From: Bdellovibrionales bacterium CG10_big_fil_rev_8_21_14_0_10_45_34
GTDB taxonomy: Bacteria > Bdellovibrionota > Bdellovibrionia > Bdellovibrionales > 1-14-0-10-45-34
Assembly: GCA_002778785.1 (NCBI GenBank)
Contig: PEZS01000010.1
Span: 120,671 to 184,670, forward strand
Reading direction: 5' to 3'
Length of the DNA: 64,000 nt
The position numbers and the translations under genes are program-made. Of the stretch, positions 39,901 through 49,253 are shown piece after piece. The first letter of the stretch is position 1. Every line of letters begins with the position of its first letter. A model generated the notes under the pieces. The model saw nothing but the letters and a program-made list of their open reading frames with translations, had not been told where the DNA came from and did no database searches.

Positions 39901-40394
39901 GTGATAGTGCGATCGTATTTACGCAGTTTTTGCCCACCCTTCAACGTATTGAAAAGGTCCTCAAGGCAAGGCAAATCTCGGTTTACTCAATCAGCGGATC
40001 GACTTCTTCGATCGAAAGAAGAAATCGCATCGAGGCCTTTCAAAAGCATGATGGTGGCGCCGTTTTTCTTTCGACTCTAAAGACTGGTGGCGTGGGATTA
40101 AATCTTACAAAAGCAACTTACGTATTTCATTTAGAGCCATGGTGGAATCCTGCGGTCGAAAATCAGGCGACAGACCGGGCTCACAGAATAGGCCAAGACA
40201 AAAAAGTTATGGTCTATAGATATATTATGGACGAATCCGTAGAAACGAAGATTCAAGATCTTAAGAAGCTGAAATCGGAAACCTTTAACGCGCTTTTTTC
40301 AACCGATTCTGAAGATCCCGAAGAGATAGCATCGAGATCTTTTCTGACCCAAGAAGCTTTTGAATACCTAGTGAGTGAGCAGGAGCCGCGTTAG
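36903..40394 (+). CDS. SNF2-family helicase/translocase with a large uncharacterised N-terminal region
   Basis: GTG start. The C-terminal half has SNF2 motifs DDMGLGKTVQTLA, VVLDEAQNVKN, LTGTPLEN and WWNPAVENQATDRAHRIGQ. I recognise no motif in the N-terminal 650 or so residues. Confidence 0.9.
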   Translation: MNLGDWAFKYLVLGTRRERLSQSIESSEIACKRLFPERQVLTKDFTQGFSPSVLPINMEFRFVNKNDGSIEHVHIADIIYSPFSNLLNSKLIPYVEEARFFADVDLLANSVNRPTKLVWLSTLGILRHSIQLLRTEQIECIIVAANSEQLVKEIQFLTQEQQEQVTMNLKVESSGDEVKISVVPNETDEWLGPQAIWSSTNQKLLLHSMGRVILDTFDLIDPQISQKWRLQGLLDIHSIRSTMTAQEWKKIYRYIKKQQGTLRFDVVLDKKTLELSRTDVRVYIEVDKAGVKIKAAALDEAKELEFLEPHPFFAVILRTLSRGMGSLFHRLQHMKGWDYPQWTYEWPGGIQKHQGFMAFFWQQFTKNLKVSKEGIVLQGTHQDFVDSFVEKTFANYGEEISDFDKQSRKMENSLLWLVGKLEILLAETSMVQSANRINLVNQYPYVWLELVSQWIDQVLRNLGPDVFRRTRGTEWLAWSSNVSQPTAGFDQWLETSGSDVVWFAEKALTPPFGLKFWFELARSLNASLTYEGLEVNTIAKGRFEGRFELSSGVSQEGSRARGRDWFTLSPQFFLAGQKLNESQINDLGSHGVIKVADTFYLLDDRDLPSVQALEVFWNNLAKKNENKTAKAGAELYFVGTNETLELLRLRSAGVEIRGNEKWNKLCEFYDQLGKNRDASIITDKFMGELKEYQTQCVHWLFDLYRLGLGGILADDMGLGKTVQTLAFLDVLRTHEDGLGECAIIVPATLTHNWMSEIRRFVPHMKADYFTHQSMSESLLKKEESYSERILIVTYGQLIEHRKYFEDKKWHVVVLDEAQNVKNPRSKRATVSRLMDARFKLCLTGTPLENHVGEFYSLMEIAVPGALGDYKVFRSEYLKDNEESYRKVGQLKDKIKPLVLRRSKKEILKDLPPKTESVVVVPFDERQKNIYRDIALSWNKKVSESLRSQGEAKSQLLMLTALLRLRQVCSDPAALPGVEYPSVPPKVALLADSMQDIVAEGDSAIVFTQFLPTLQRIEKVLKARQISVYSISGSTSSIERRNRIEAFQKHDGGAVFLSTLKTGGVGLNLTKATYVFHLEPWWNPAVENQATDRAHRIGQDKKVMVYRYIMDESVETKIQDLKKLKSETFNALFSTDSEDPEEIASRSFLTQEAFEYLVSEQEPR

Positions 40395-40409
40395 AGACGG
40401 GAGGGCATT

Positions 40410-41357
40410 GTGACTTCGACCCAGAGTAAATGTTTGGAGCTCTACGCAAGTCTACTTTCTTCAGGTGATAAGGTCATTAGGGGAAAGAGAGAGGTTCTAA
40501 AGACGTTTCTTGTTGCCTTCTTCGCTAAAGGGCACGTACTCATAGAAGACAGGCCGGGAACAGGAAAGACCACGTTAGTAAAGTGGCTGGCGCATGCTAC
40601 AGGCCATACGTTTTCTCGCATTCAAATGACAAACGACTTACTGCCGAGCGACCTCGTCGGAGTGAGCGTTCTCAACACTCAGTCCAAAGAATTTGAATAC
40701 CATAAAGGTCCTTTTTTTGCGGACATTGTTTTGCTTGATGAGCTGAATAGAGCAAGTCCAAAAACTCAGAGTGCATGTTTACAAGCAATGGAAGAAAGTG
40801 CGGTGACCGTCGATGGTCGAACTTATCCTTTACCTGAGAATTTTCAAATTGTGGCTACGCAAAACCCATTTGATGAATACGGAACTTATCCAATACCAGA
40901 ATCCCAGTTAGATCGATTTATGTTTTGCTTCTCGGTGGGGTATTTGGATAGAGAAACCGAGGTGGAAGTTTTAAAAACCCATGGCACGGCGGATACGGAA
41001 TTGAACTTAAAAGACTCTGTAACGAAGATGTCGGCCGACCTTTTAAAAAGTATTCGCGAGGATATTAAAAAAGTTCTCGTCTCTGACACCCTCGCTGCAA
41101 ACATTCGAACTATTCTTGAGATTTCTCGTGCTCACCAAAAAGAATTTGAACCGCTCTCTGTGAGGGCAGGCTTAGCTTTAGTTCAGGCTGTGCGCACTCA
41201 TGCCTATTTGGAGGCAAAACAGTACTGTGATTTAGATGACTTAGTGTGGGCAGCACCATTAGTTCTTTCTCATCGACTCAACGCCAACCAAAAGGGATCT
41301 CATTTGGTGGATTCATTCGGAGTTAAAAAGATCTTGTCTATGGCAGGGTTCGTTTGA
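40410..41357 (+). CDS. MoxR-like AAA+ ATPase
   Basis: GTG start 15 nt after the SNF2 stop. Walker A DRPGTGKTT, Walker B VLLDELNRASPKTQSACLQAMEE and ATQNP. Confidence 0.9.
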   Translation: MTSTQSKCLELYASLLSSGDKVIRGKREVLKTFLVAFFAKGHVLIEDRPGTGKTTLVKWLAHATGHTFSRIQMTNDLLPSDLVGVSVLNTQSKEFEYHKGPFFADIVLLDELNRASPKTQSACLQAMEESAVTVDGRTYPLPENFQIVATQNPFDEYGTYPIPESQLDRFMFCFSVGYLDRETEVEVLKTHGTADTELNLKDSVTKMSADLLKSIREDIKKVLVSDTLAANIRTILEISRAHQKEFEPLSVRAGLALVQAVRTHAYLEAKQYCDLDDLVWAAPLVLSHRLNANQKGSHLVDSFGVKKILSMAGFV

Positions 41358-42235
41358 GAAGGCTCCAAAAGCAAAAGGTCTACATTTTACCGTCAAAAAA
41401 GGGGTGGTTAGCGTTTGGGTTTTTTATAGCCCTTATCACGGTTGGCGCGACCTACTTGAACAACTTTGTTTTTTTGCTCGCATTCTTCTTATTCGCGGTC
41501 GGCTGCGCGACAATGCTCGAGACACATGCGGGAGTGAAGGCCTTTCAAATTGACAACATTTTGAGCTTTGAAGTTCCCGAGGGCATAGAGTCCCAGGTTA
41601 CAGTTCCGGTCGTGGGGTTGCCAAACTGGCAGTATGAGGTCAAATTGACCAGTAATCTATTGCTTCAGGGTTTCACGGATGAGTCGGGTCGCCTTTTAAA
41701 GCTGAGAGTGCCTGCGTCGACTCCTCTATTGGTCGAAAAAGTTAAGTTGGTAGTGCGATCAAAATATCCTTTTCAGTTGTTTACTTCCTGGAAGATCGTT
41801 TCATCTCGTGTAGATATACTGATTTATCCGTACAAGCCCGCTTCTAATCGCTTTTCAATAACTAAAGTAGAGAGCATTGATACCCAAGAGGGGGGAATCG
41901 CCTTAAATGGTGTTGATGAGTTTCGCTCTGTAAAACCTGCCGAAAAACATCTTGCGCGGTCCAGAATAAATTGGAAGGTAACAGCTCGAAAAAATGCCCC
42001 TTACATAAATGAATTTGAATCTCGACAAAAAGAGATTGGGTCTATTTTTCTTGAGGATATAGAACCTCAGAAGCTCGGCCAAGTTTCTCATGAAGTTTTA
42101 AATAGAGATAATAATAGAGCGATCACAGAGCTCGTATTTAAAGCTGAAGACGGAAGAACAAAGTCAGTTCGAGACACGAAAGAAATATTGAGGGTGATTT
42201 GTAGAAGGTATTTGCGACATGCCCAGATCACTTAA
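41354..42235 (+). CDS. DUF58-family protein (membrane-anchored)
   Basis: TTGA overlap with moxR. Two N-terminal TM helices and the DUF58 signature region SRINWKVTARKNAPYINEFE. Confidence 0.8.
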   Translation: MRRLQKQKVYILPSKKGWLAFGFFIALITVGATYLNNFVFLLAFFLFAVGCATMLETHAGVKAFQIDNILSFEVPEGIESQVTVPVVGLPNWQYEVKLTSNLLLQGFTDESGRLLKLRVPASTPLLVEKVKLVVRSKYPFQLFTSWKIVSSRVDILIYPYKPASNRFSITKVESIDTQEGGIALNGVDEFRSVKPAEKHLARSRINWKVTARKNAPYINEFESRQKEIGSIFLEDIEPQKLGQVSHEVLNRDNNRAITELVFKAEDGRTKSVRDTKEILRVICRRYLRHAQIT

Positions 42236-44246
42236 GTTCGCATCTCTGCTCACATTCGTTGTTATACTTTTATCACTTAAGCTTCTTCCGCTAAAGTTGT
42301 TATTGATCCCACTTTTACTCGAGTCTTTCCTTGTTGGTAAAGATGTATTGCGCACCTCTTTTGTTCAACCCTCTCTACGAGCATTTTACTTGAAGATCCC
42401 AAAACCCTTATCAGGAATAGCTTGGATTGGACTGGCCTTGATCCAATTTGTTTTTGCGACACGTGAGTTTGGAACTAGCATTGGGTACGAACCAGCCAGT
42501 GCTGTTTTGTTGGTACTCTCTGTTGCGAAGTTATTTGAGTGGCAAAATGAAAATGGCAGAGTTTTCCTAGCTGTATCGAATATTTTTGTGTGCGCCTGTA
42601 TTCTTATTGATCTGCCAGACCTGAGCATTTTTCTTTTTTCCCTGGTAGTTGGTGTACTGCATATTCTTGTTTTGATGCCAGAGTTTGGATGGCGTTATTT
42701 CAAGCCAACAACGCAAATCCGTTCGATAGCACTACTTATGATTTACGCCATTCCGTTTGTCTTTCTTATGTTTTTTGTCTTTCCTCGTTTCACAAGTCCG
42801 CTCAGTCGGTGGATTCCCAGATCCACTGCTCAGACCGGCTTCTCAGAAGAGGTCGAGCCAGGAAGCGTTTCTAAGCTGGCTCTTTCGGAGGATATTGCAT
42901 TTCGAATCTTCTCAGACGACATGGAAGTGATTTTGAAGACACCCATGTATTGGAGAGTGCTCACGCTCGACCGAAGTGAGGGGTTGAGCTGGAAGAAGTC
43001 TGTTACCGCCGGCCGTCTACAAAAGTTTGAAACCGTCGTGGCGGCGGGCGAAATTTTAAAGGCCGAGGTTATTCTTGAACCGAAGACGACGCGATGGCTT
43101 GTTGGACTAGATACCCCCATCCGCTTCTCTGGCGTCAAAGGTTTAGATACCAGTTTGAGATCTTCTGTAAAGGTAGAAGCAGCTTGGGCGAGGGAACCTC
43201 TCGACAGAAGAAGCTATTATTTTGAGTCTTCCACCAGCAGGTTTTTAGAATCCCATTCAAAAGATGCGGCATCGTGGATGCAGGTTCCTTTCGAAGCGCC
43301 CGAGAGATTATTTAATCTCTTAGTGAACTTGAAGACTAGGGATCGTGATGAAACCGTACGAAATGTCTTAGCATGGATCCAAAAATCTAATTTTCACTAC
43401 ACTCTTGAGCCATCGCGCACTTTAAAAAAGAGTGAAGTGGCAGAATTTTTGCTCGACGTGAAAGAAGGTTTCTGCGAGCACTACGCTGGCTCCATGGCTT
43501 CACTGCTGCGGTGGTTGAACGTGCCATCCAGAGTTGTTATCGGTTTTCGTGGCGGCGAATACAATCCATACGGTAACTATCTTGTCGTCCGAAAGAAACA
43601 CGCTCACGCATGGGTCGAATTTTTGTCGACTAGCGGTGTTTGGCTGCGCTTTGACCCGGTTAATCTATTGGCGTCCTACGATACTCTGTTGGGATTAGCT
43701 GAGAATCGCGAAACATTTGGGCTGACCGAATCGGCTTTATCGAGTCTGTCTCATTTGAGAAGGGCTCTTTTGTGGGTAGATGCGGCTGAGAATAAGATAA
43801 TGATGTTTCTGCTCGCCTTTGACCAAGAAGATCAAGAGAGTCTTTGGCAAAATCTCGGCGTTAAAGGCAAACAGAATATTATTATGTTTTCGGTTTTGAT
43901 TCTGCTCCTTGCTATTTTGGTATGGCTTCTTTTTCTTCGGAGCAGGCAAAATCGCGCTAACTGGTTAGAGAGTTTTCACAAGTCTTTCGGCGATTTTCTA
44001 GAACGAGCAGAGACCAATTTTAACTTAAAGGATCAGGACGTTCTTCACGACAATGTGAGCCTCGAATCACGTATCAAAAGGCTTAGCAGATTATTTGAGC
44101 AAAATGACGAAAATACTCAAATCTCCTCAAAGGTTGAAGGCGCTCAAGCTCTCCTCAAAGAATATGTCCTGCTAAGTTACAAACAGAATACAATAGATCC
44201 CAAGGCCGCAAAAAAATGGACCCGCAAGGCTTCTAGGTGGTCCTAA
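42219..44246 (+). CDS. transglutaminase-domain membrane protein (TgpA-like, DUF3488 + TGase core)
   Basis: 17-nt overlap with the DUF58 gene. Multi-TM N-terminus, a Cys-His-Asp core (FCEHYAGSMASLL ... HAWVEF ... FDP) and a C-terminal TM helix. Confidence 0.88.
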   Translation: MPRSLKFASLLTFVVILLSLKLLPLKLLLIPLLLESFLVGKDVLRTSFVQPSLRAFYLKIPKPLSGIAWIGLALIQFVFATREFGTSIGYEPASAVLLVLSVAKLFEWQNENGRVFLAVSNIFVCACILIDLPDLSIFLFSLVVGVLHILVLMPEFGWRYFKPTTQIRSIALLMIYAIPFVFLMFFVFPRFTSPLSRWIPRSTAQTGFSEEVEPGSVSKLALSEDIAFRIFSDDMEVILKTPMYWRVLTLDRSEGLSWKKSVTAGRLQKFETVVAAGEILKAEVILEPKTTRWLVGLDTPIRFSGVKGLDTSLRSSVKVEAAWAREPLDRRSYYFESSTSRFLESHSKDAASWMQVPFEAPERLFNLLVNLKTRDRDETVRNVLAWIQKSNFHYTLEPSRTLKKSEVAEFLLDVKEGFCEHYAGSMASLLRWLNVPSRVVIGFRGGEYNPYGNYLVVRKKHAHAWVEFLSTSGVWLRFDPVNLLASYDTLLGLAENRETFGLTESALSSLSHLRRALLWVDAAENKIMMFLLAFDQEDQESLWQNLGVKGKQNIIMFSVLILLLAILVWLLFLRSRQNRANWLESFHKSFGDFLERAETNFNLKDQDVLHDNVSLESRIKRLSRLFEQNDENTQISSKVEGAQALLKEYVLLSYKQNTIDPKAAKKWTRKASRWS

Positions 44247-44306
44247 CAACGGTACCAAGATGAAGTGGGGGGCACATCTTAAGGGGGGAAGGCCCCCTAA
44301 ATGCAC

Positions 44307-45590
44307 TTAAGGTCTCACGCCTAAGTGGGTAAGACCCGAATGAATCTCAACCATTTCTTTAAATGGTCCCGCATCATCATAACTTTCTGTGAACTTTGCG
44401 AATATTGGAACAGCCGCCGGCATCTTCGCGCAGTTGGCGGCGGTGGCTGGTACCATCTGAGCAAACAGTGAAAAGTGATCATATGATTTTACGACAACTG
44501 ATCGTTCTGTGAGCCGGTCAACAACGGTGCGGGTCACCTTAGTAGCAACCTTCTCGCCTCGTTGGTTTGTCTCGGAAATGACTTCGCCCCCTTCGGTCGG
44601 TGACGGTCTTTTGGATTGTAGCCTTTCAGCCTGAGGAGAAGTCTTAACCGCTCCCTCGCTGCGACTCGCACTTTGCTTATTAGAAGTTTTACTGGTCTCT
44701 TTTGATTCAGGGCAAATTTCAACCACATCGTAGGAGGTGATGATTTCTACCTGTTCTACAGCGGTAGGAACGCCCTCGAAGTAAGCTTCACCGTAGATGA
44801 CTTCCATAACTGAGTCTTTACTTGTGACATCTTTTTCGATGCGGCAGCCTTTTTGGGGCTCAAGCCCTGGTATGTGACTTTTGAGGTACTGAACATGGGA
44901 CTGGTATCGACTTTGAATACCATCGCCGCCGGGAACTTGCGCCTGTGCATGAGGCCCGCCCGGAATGGATTGGTTATTATTGGGAGGGTTCGAGCTTTCT
45001 TGAAGAAGGATAGCTTTGAGTGGAATGGGCTCCCAATTAAACTCATGGAGGGTTCTATGATTAGGCGTGAAGGGATCTGAGTTTCTATTAGTCGTCGTCA
45101 TACGAAACCGCGGTCTGAAAGGTACCATGTTAGGTTGATTCGGCTGGTAATTGGCCGCTTGAATATCTTGAGGGCCAATATCTGTAATCTGGATTTCCAC
45201 CCGTAGTTCCTCAGCAAAGCCAGAAGAATAGTAGGTCATTGAATTTAAGGTTTCAGTTTTGTTACCTGCGGCTACAAGTATACTTTTCAAGTATTGATTG
45301 TCACAGAATCTGCGTGATGATGAGGTTGGTCGGAGCTCCGAAATATCAGAGACTTCCTTCATCATTTGGGGGGCGTCGTTTACAACAAATGATTGCACAT
45401 GATTCAGAGAAAGTGGATCTCGCCAGTTTGAAGTTGGGGCGGGAGGGTTGTTTTGTGGATTCGGATTCGAATCATCTTTCTGTCCGCAACCCGATATTAC
45501 AATACAGACGACAGTTACTGGCGCCAACTTGCTAAAAAACGTAACAATAGTAGGTTGGTCCGTATCTTTCGACGAAGAAGTTTCTAACAT
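44307..45590 (-). CDS. hypothetical lipoprotein (P/N/Q-rich)
   Basis: 427-aa ORF with lipobox-like VISGCGQ after a hydrophobic segment. No recognisable domain. Confidence 0.6.
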   Translation of the reverse strand: MLETSSSKDTDQPTIVTFFSKLAPVTVVCIVISGCGQKDDSNPNPQNNPPAPTSNWRDPLSLNHVQSFVVNDAPQMMKEVSDISELRPTSSSRRFCDNQYLKSILVAAGNKTETLNSMTYYSSGFAEELRVEIQITDIGPQDIQAANYQPNQPNMVPFRPRFRMTTTNRNSDPFTPNHRTLHEFNWEPIPLKAILLQESSNPPNNNQSIPGGPHAQAQVPGGDGIQSRYQSHVQYLKSHIPGLEPQKGCRIEKDVTSKDSVMEVIYGEAYFEGVPTAVEQVEIITSYDVVEICPESKETSKTSNKQSASRSEGAVKTSPQAERLQSKRPSPTEGGEVISETNQRGEKVATKVTRTVVDRLTERSVVVKSYDHFSLFAQMVPATAANCAKMPAAVPIFAKFTESYDDAGPFKEMVEIHSGLTHLGVRP

Positions 45591-45797
45591 AATTCACCTC
45601 AACATGCATTCTAACAGGCTATTTTCAAGAGTGGCTAAGATTTGGTCGCTTTTGAAAACCCTTCCACGCGGTGACGTAAAACGTCGTTAGCACGCCCCTT
45701 CCCTTAGTAGTAAATTCAAAGATCAGCCGGTTACCTGAAGTTTGAGGTTATCTTTGCTTTGGCTTCGGCCAAAAGAATATGAGTTCTGGCAGAGGAA

Positions 45798-46733
45798 TCA
45801 TTTGGAACTACTTCGTCGGTCATTATAAATAGATAGTAGAACGCTAGCAGCGAGCACACCCGCGATGACTCCTAAGGAGACCGGCGTTGGAATTTTGTAG
45901 TAGCTTGATATGAGCATCTTTATACCGACATAGGTAAGTATCACCGCTAGTCCGTACTTTAAGTATTCAAACACGTCGGCAAGGCCGGATAGAGCAAAAT
46001 AGAGAGCCCTTAGCCCAAGAATTGCAAAAACGTTCGAAGTAAAAACAATAAAAGGCTCTTGTGTGATTGCAAGAATCGCAGGAATGGAATCTGCAGCAAA
46101 AATGATATCCGTTGTTTCAATTATTAGGAGACAAAGAAAAAGCGGGGTAGCCGCGAGTTTTCCGTTGATGCGAGTAAAAAAATGACCGTTATCGTACTGA
46201 GTAGAAACAGGCATAATTTTTTTGAATAGTCTTATCGCTCTGTTGTTATCTAATGATATTTGCTCCTCGGACTGAAAGGCCATCTTGATTCCGGTAATTA
46301 CGAGAAATCCGCCGAACACATAAATGATCCAATGAAATCTCTCAATAAGTGCAATTCCTGCGAAGATAAAAATGATTCGAAAAACAATAGCGCCAAGAAT
46401 GCCCAAAAACAGAACTTTTTGCTGATACTGTGGAGGTACTTTGAAATATCCAAATATCAATAAAAAGAGAAACAAGTTGTCGACGCTAAGACTGAGTTCG
46501 ACAACGTAGCCGGTAAAAAAAGTCAACGCAGCTTCACTGCCTAGATAATGCCAAATCCCGCCGTTAAACGAGAGTGCCAGAATCATCCAAAAGATTGTCC
46601 AAAGGATGGCTTGTTTAAAGCTTAAGGGCTTGTCTTTACTGTGAAGCACAAAGAGGTCGAGGAACAAAAGTATTAAAATGGATCCTAAAAACAGAAACCA
46701 AATATAAGGAGCGACTTCCATATAGCCTCGCAT
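45798..46733 (-). CDS. TerC-family integral membrane protein
   Basis: 311 aa with about 9 TM helices and TerC motifs ELSLSVDNLF and ETTDIIFAADSIPA. Confidence 0.88.
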   Translation of the reverse strand: MRGYMEVAPYIWFLFLGSILILLFLDLFVLHSKDKPLSFKQAILWTIFWMILALSFNGGIWHYLGSEAALTFFTGYVVELSLSVDNLFLFLLIFGYFKVPPQYQQKVLFLGILGAIVFRIIFIFAGIALIERFHWIIYVFGGFLVITGIKMAFQSEEQISLDNNRAIRLFKKIMPVSTQYDNGHFFTRINGKLAATPLFLCLLIIETTDIIFAADSIPAILAITQEPFIVFTSNVFAILGLRALYFALSGLADVFEYLKYGLAVILTYVGIKMLISSYYKIPTPVSLGVIAGVLAASVLLSIYNDRRSSSK

Positions 46734-46876
46734 TTTAAATAAAGAAGCCTAATGTATATGAATAATTTGTGACTCAAAACTGATTTAAAGACCCGCATTA
46801 TGACATACTACGTTAGTTAAGGGGTTGAGAGCGGGCGTTCAAGTAGGTATGTTTGCGGAAATTTCGGAGGTTTTCT

Positions 46877-47425
46877 GTGACAAAAGAAGGCTTGGGGCCA
46901 TTTGACGGCCTGGTGGAGTTTCCAGGTCGCAAGTTCGAGGATTCGAGGGGATGGTTTTCGGAACTCTTCCGCGGCAGTTTTGCTGAGACCCAGATCGAAA
47001 CAGGACAGTTCGTTCAAGACAATTTGTCTTATTCGAAAAAGGGAGTTGTTAGGGGCATGCACCTTCAAACCCCTCCACATGAGCAGGGCAAGTTTGTACG
47101 CTGTATGGCTGGTGCGATTTGGGATGTTGTAGTAGACCTGCGACCTAACTCTCCCACTTACAAACAATGGAAAGCTTTTGAAGTTTCCTTTGAAAGCCTC
47201 AATGCGATATATGTTCCAAAAGGATTCGCGCACGGGTTTCAGGTTTTATCGGAGTTTGCACTCGTGCTGTATAAGTGCACTTCGGAGTATGCTCCTCAAC
47301 ACGACAAAGGAATTAAGTATGACTGTCCAGAGCTGGCCATTACTTGGCCTGCGCCCATACTAGAAGTTTCTGAAAAAGATCGAAATCTCCCAGGCCTATC
47401 TGATTTTTTGAAAGAGTATTTGTAG
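46877..47425 (+). CDS. rfbC: dTDP-4-dehydrorhamnose 3,5-epimerase
   Basis: FEDSRGWFSELF, RGMHLQ and FAHGFQVLSE. GGAGG lies 5-6 nt upstream of GTG 46877, so I prefer it to the track TTG at 46853. Confidence 0.9.
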   Translation: MTKEGLGPFDGLVEFPGRKFEDSRGWFSELFRGSFAETQIETGQFVQDNLSYSKKGVVRGMHLQTPPHEQGKFVRCMAGAIWDVVVDLRPNSPTYKQWKAFEVSFESLNAIYVPKGFAHGFQVLSEFALVLYKCTSEYAPQHDKGIKYDCPELAITWPAPILEVSEKDRNLPGLSDFLKEYL

Positions 47426-47467
47426 CACTGCGAGCGCGTCGGCACATTTGCCTAGGGGAAGTAAGTT

Positions 47468-48397
47468 ATGAAAGTTGGGATGTCAGGAATAACGTCTTTC
47501 ACTGGAGCGTGGATTGCTCGGGATGTTTACCGGGACAGTCGAGTCAAATCATTGGTAGGATTCGTTAGAAAGCGTGCTAGCGACTATGACGGATTGGCTA
47601 AAGTCCGTCTTCAAATGCTTGGCTCCGATGTCACCTTGGTTGAAGGTTGGTCATTGGACTCTCGGAGTAGAGAGATGACAACCCGATCGCTTGAGGAAAT
47701 CAAAAAGGCACGCGTAGATGTTTGGATACATCATCACCATTTTATGGAGAGTTTTCGTAGCTTCGACTACGACGTCGAAACCTACAGAAAGACCTGTATC
47801 GAGCCGTTAGAGGAATTAGTAAGGACACTCAAGGAATCTGGCACTCATCGTATTGTCTATTCAGGGAGTTACTTTGAACCAGCAGAGGGAAGCTTCAACG
47901 ATCCCGCCCCCACACCCTATGCCATTTCAAAAGCAGAGGTTTGGCAGAATTTGAAGCAGCTAGCTAGACTGAACGACATCGAACTTGCCAAGGTAGTTAT
48001 TCCAAATCCCGTAGGCCCACTTGAAAACCAGGATCGTCTGATACCGATCCTGATAAACTGCTCTAGAGAAAATAAAGTGTTTCAAATGAGGACTCCAAAG
48101 AGCGTCGCAGATAATTTGCCGGTAACAGAACTGGCCCCGTTTTACTTGAGGGCTTGTTTTGAATCGCGATCGAGTTCGGAGTCGCTCGTGTTTAGGCCCT
48201 CGATGGGCGGCGTGAGCAATAAAGAATTTGCAGATTTGGTACAACAAGAGCTCATTACTCAGAGGTTAAGAATGTCGCCCTGTATAGTGCAATACTCAGA
48301 TGAGATAAATCCCCTCATGCGCCGCAACTCGCCGCCAGATGAAGTCAACGTTGATTGGCCTAAGTTCTGGGACTTCTATGCTAAAATGGTTGAGTAA
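47468..48397 (+). CDS. NAD-dependent epimerase/dehydratase-family protein (atypical Rossmann motif)
   Basis: 309 aa. N-terminal GMSGITSFTGAWIA resembles GxxGxxG, and YAISK is a possible YxxxK. It sits where an rfbD-like reductase would be expected, but identity is uncertain. Confidence 0.6.
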   Translation: MKVGMSGITSFTGAWIARDVYRDSRVKSLVGFVRKRASDYDGLAKVRLQMLGSDVTLVEGWSLDSRSREMTTRSLEEIKKARVDVWIHHHHFMESFRSFDYDVETYRKTCIEPLEELVRTLKESGTHRIVYSGSYFEPAEGSFNDPAPTPYAISKAEVWQNLKQLARLNDIELAKVVIPNPVGPLENQDRLIPILINCSRENKVFQMRTPKSVADNLPVTELAPFYLRACFESRSSSESLVFRPSMGGVSNKEFADLVQQELITQRLRMSPCIVQYSDEINPLMRRNSPPDEVNVDWPKFWDFYAKMVE

Positions 48398-49253
48398 GAA
48401 CTTTTCTCAAATATTTACCATAGTCGGAACTACCGTACTTATCGGCGCAAGCTTCTAGCTGCTTTCGATCGATAAACTTTTTATGGTAGGCAATTTCTTC
48501 GAGACAACCAATTTTCAAACCCTGACGCTTTTCAAGAGTTTGAACGAAAGTACCCGAAGACAACAAGGAGTCAGGAGTTCCCATGTCGAGCCAGGCAATG
48601 CCGCGACCCAGTTTTTCCACCTTCAGTGCCTTATTGGCTAAATATATTCGGTTAAGATCGGTGATTTCTAGTTCCCCGCGTGCCGAAGGCTTGAGAGATT
48701 TAGCGTATTCAAGTGCGTTCTTATCGTAGAAATAAAGTCCTGTTACTGCCCAATTCGACCTTGGAGACTTCGGTTTTTCCTCTATCGAAATGGCCTTTTG
48801 ATCGGCATCAAACTCGACAACCCCGTAGCGCTCCGGGTCTTGTACATGATAGGCAAAAACACTTGCGCCCTCCTCAAGGGCAGCGCTTTTAACAAGCTGT
48901 GGCTGAAGGTCATGGCCGTAGAAAAGGTTGTCTCCGAGTGTCAGGCAGACGGAATCATTCTCGATAAATTCATTGGCAATCAAAAAAGCTTGAGCAATTC
49001 CCTCTGGGCGCTCTTGAACTCGATAGCTGAGATTGATGCCGTAAAGCGATCCATCTCCCAAAAGACTTTCGATCATGGGGATGTCACGGGGTGTTGAAAT
49101 AACCATAATATCTCGAATCCCTGCCAACATGATCGTTGAAAGGGGATAAAAAATGACCGGCTTGTCGTAAACCGGCAGCAATTGTTTACTCAAAGAGCAG
49201 GTGAGTGGACCTAGCCTGGTTCCGTTACCCCCAGCAAGCAGAATCGCCTTCAT
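48381..49253 (-). CDS. rfbA: glucose-1-phosphate thymidylyltransferase
   Basis: MKAILLAGGNGTRLGPLT, VLGDNLFYG-type core (TLGDNLFYGH) and EITD. ATG 49253 is preferred to 49265. Confidence 0.93.
   Translation of the reverse strand: MKAILLAGGNGTRLGPLTCSLSKQLLPVYDKPVIFYPLSTIMLAGIRDIMVISTPRDIPMIESLLGDGSLYGINLSYRVQERPEGIAQAFLIANEFIENDSVCLTLGDNLFYGHDLQPQLVKSAALEEGASVFAYHVQDPERYGVVEFDADQKAISIEEKPKSPRSNWAVTGLYFYDKNALEYAKSLKPSARGELEITDLNRIYLANKALKVEKLGRGIAWLDMGTPDSLLSSGTFVQTLEKRQGLKIGCLEEIAYHKKFIDRKQLEACADKYGSSDYGKYLRKVLTQPF

Noticed and set aside
36903-44246. The SNF2 cluster as a known defence system (DISARM or Zorya type).
   Set aside because: The partner genes that define those systems are absent: DrmA/DrmB/PLD/methylase for DISARM and ZorA/ZorB MotAB-like genes for Zorya. 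I report it only as an undescribed candidate association.
46734-46876. Possible yybP-ykoY (manganese) riboswitch upstream of the TerC-family gene.
   Set aside because: The minus-strand leader lacks the conserved GGGGAGUAG / GACAUA core. The only GGGG-containing motif (AAGGGGTTGAGAG) is on the wrong strand.
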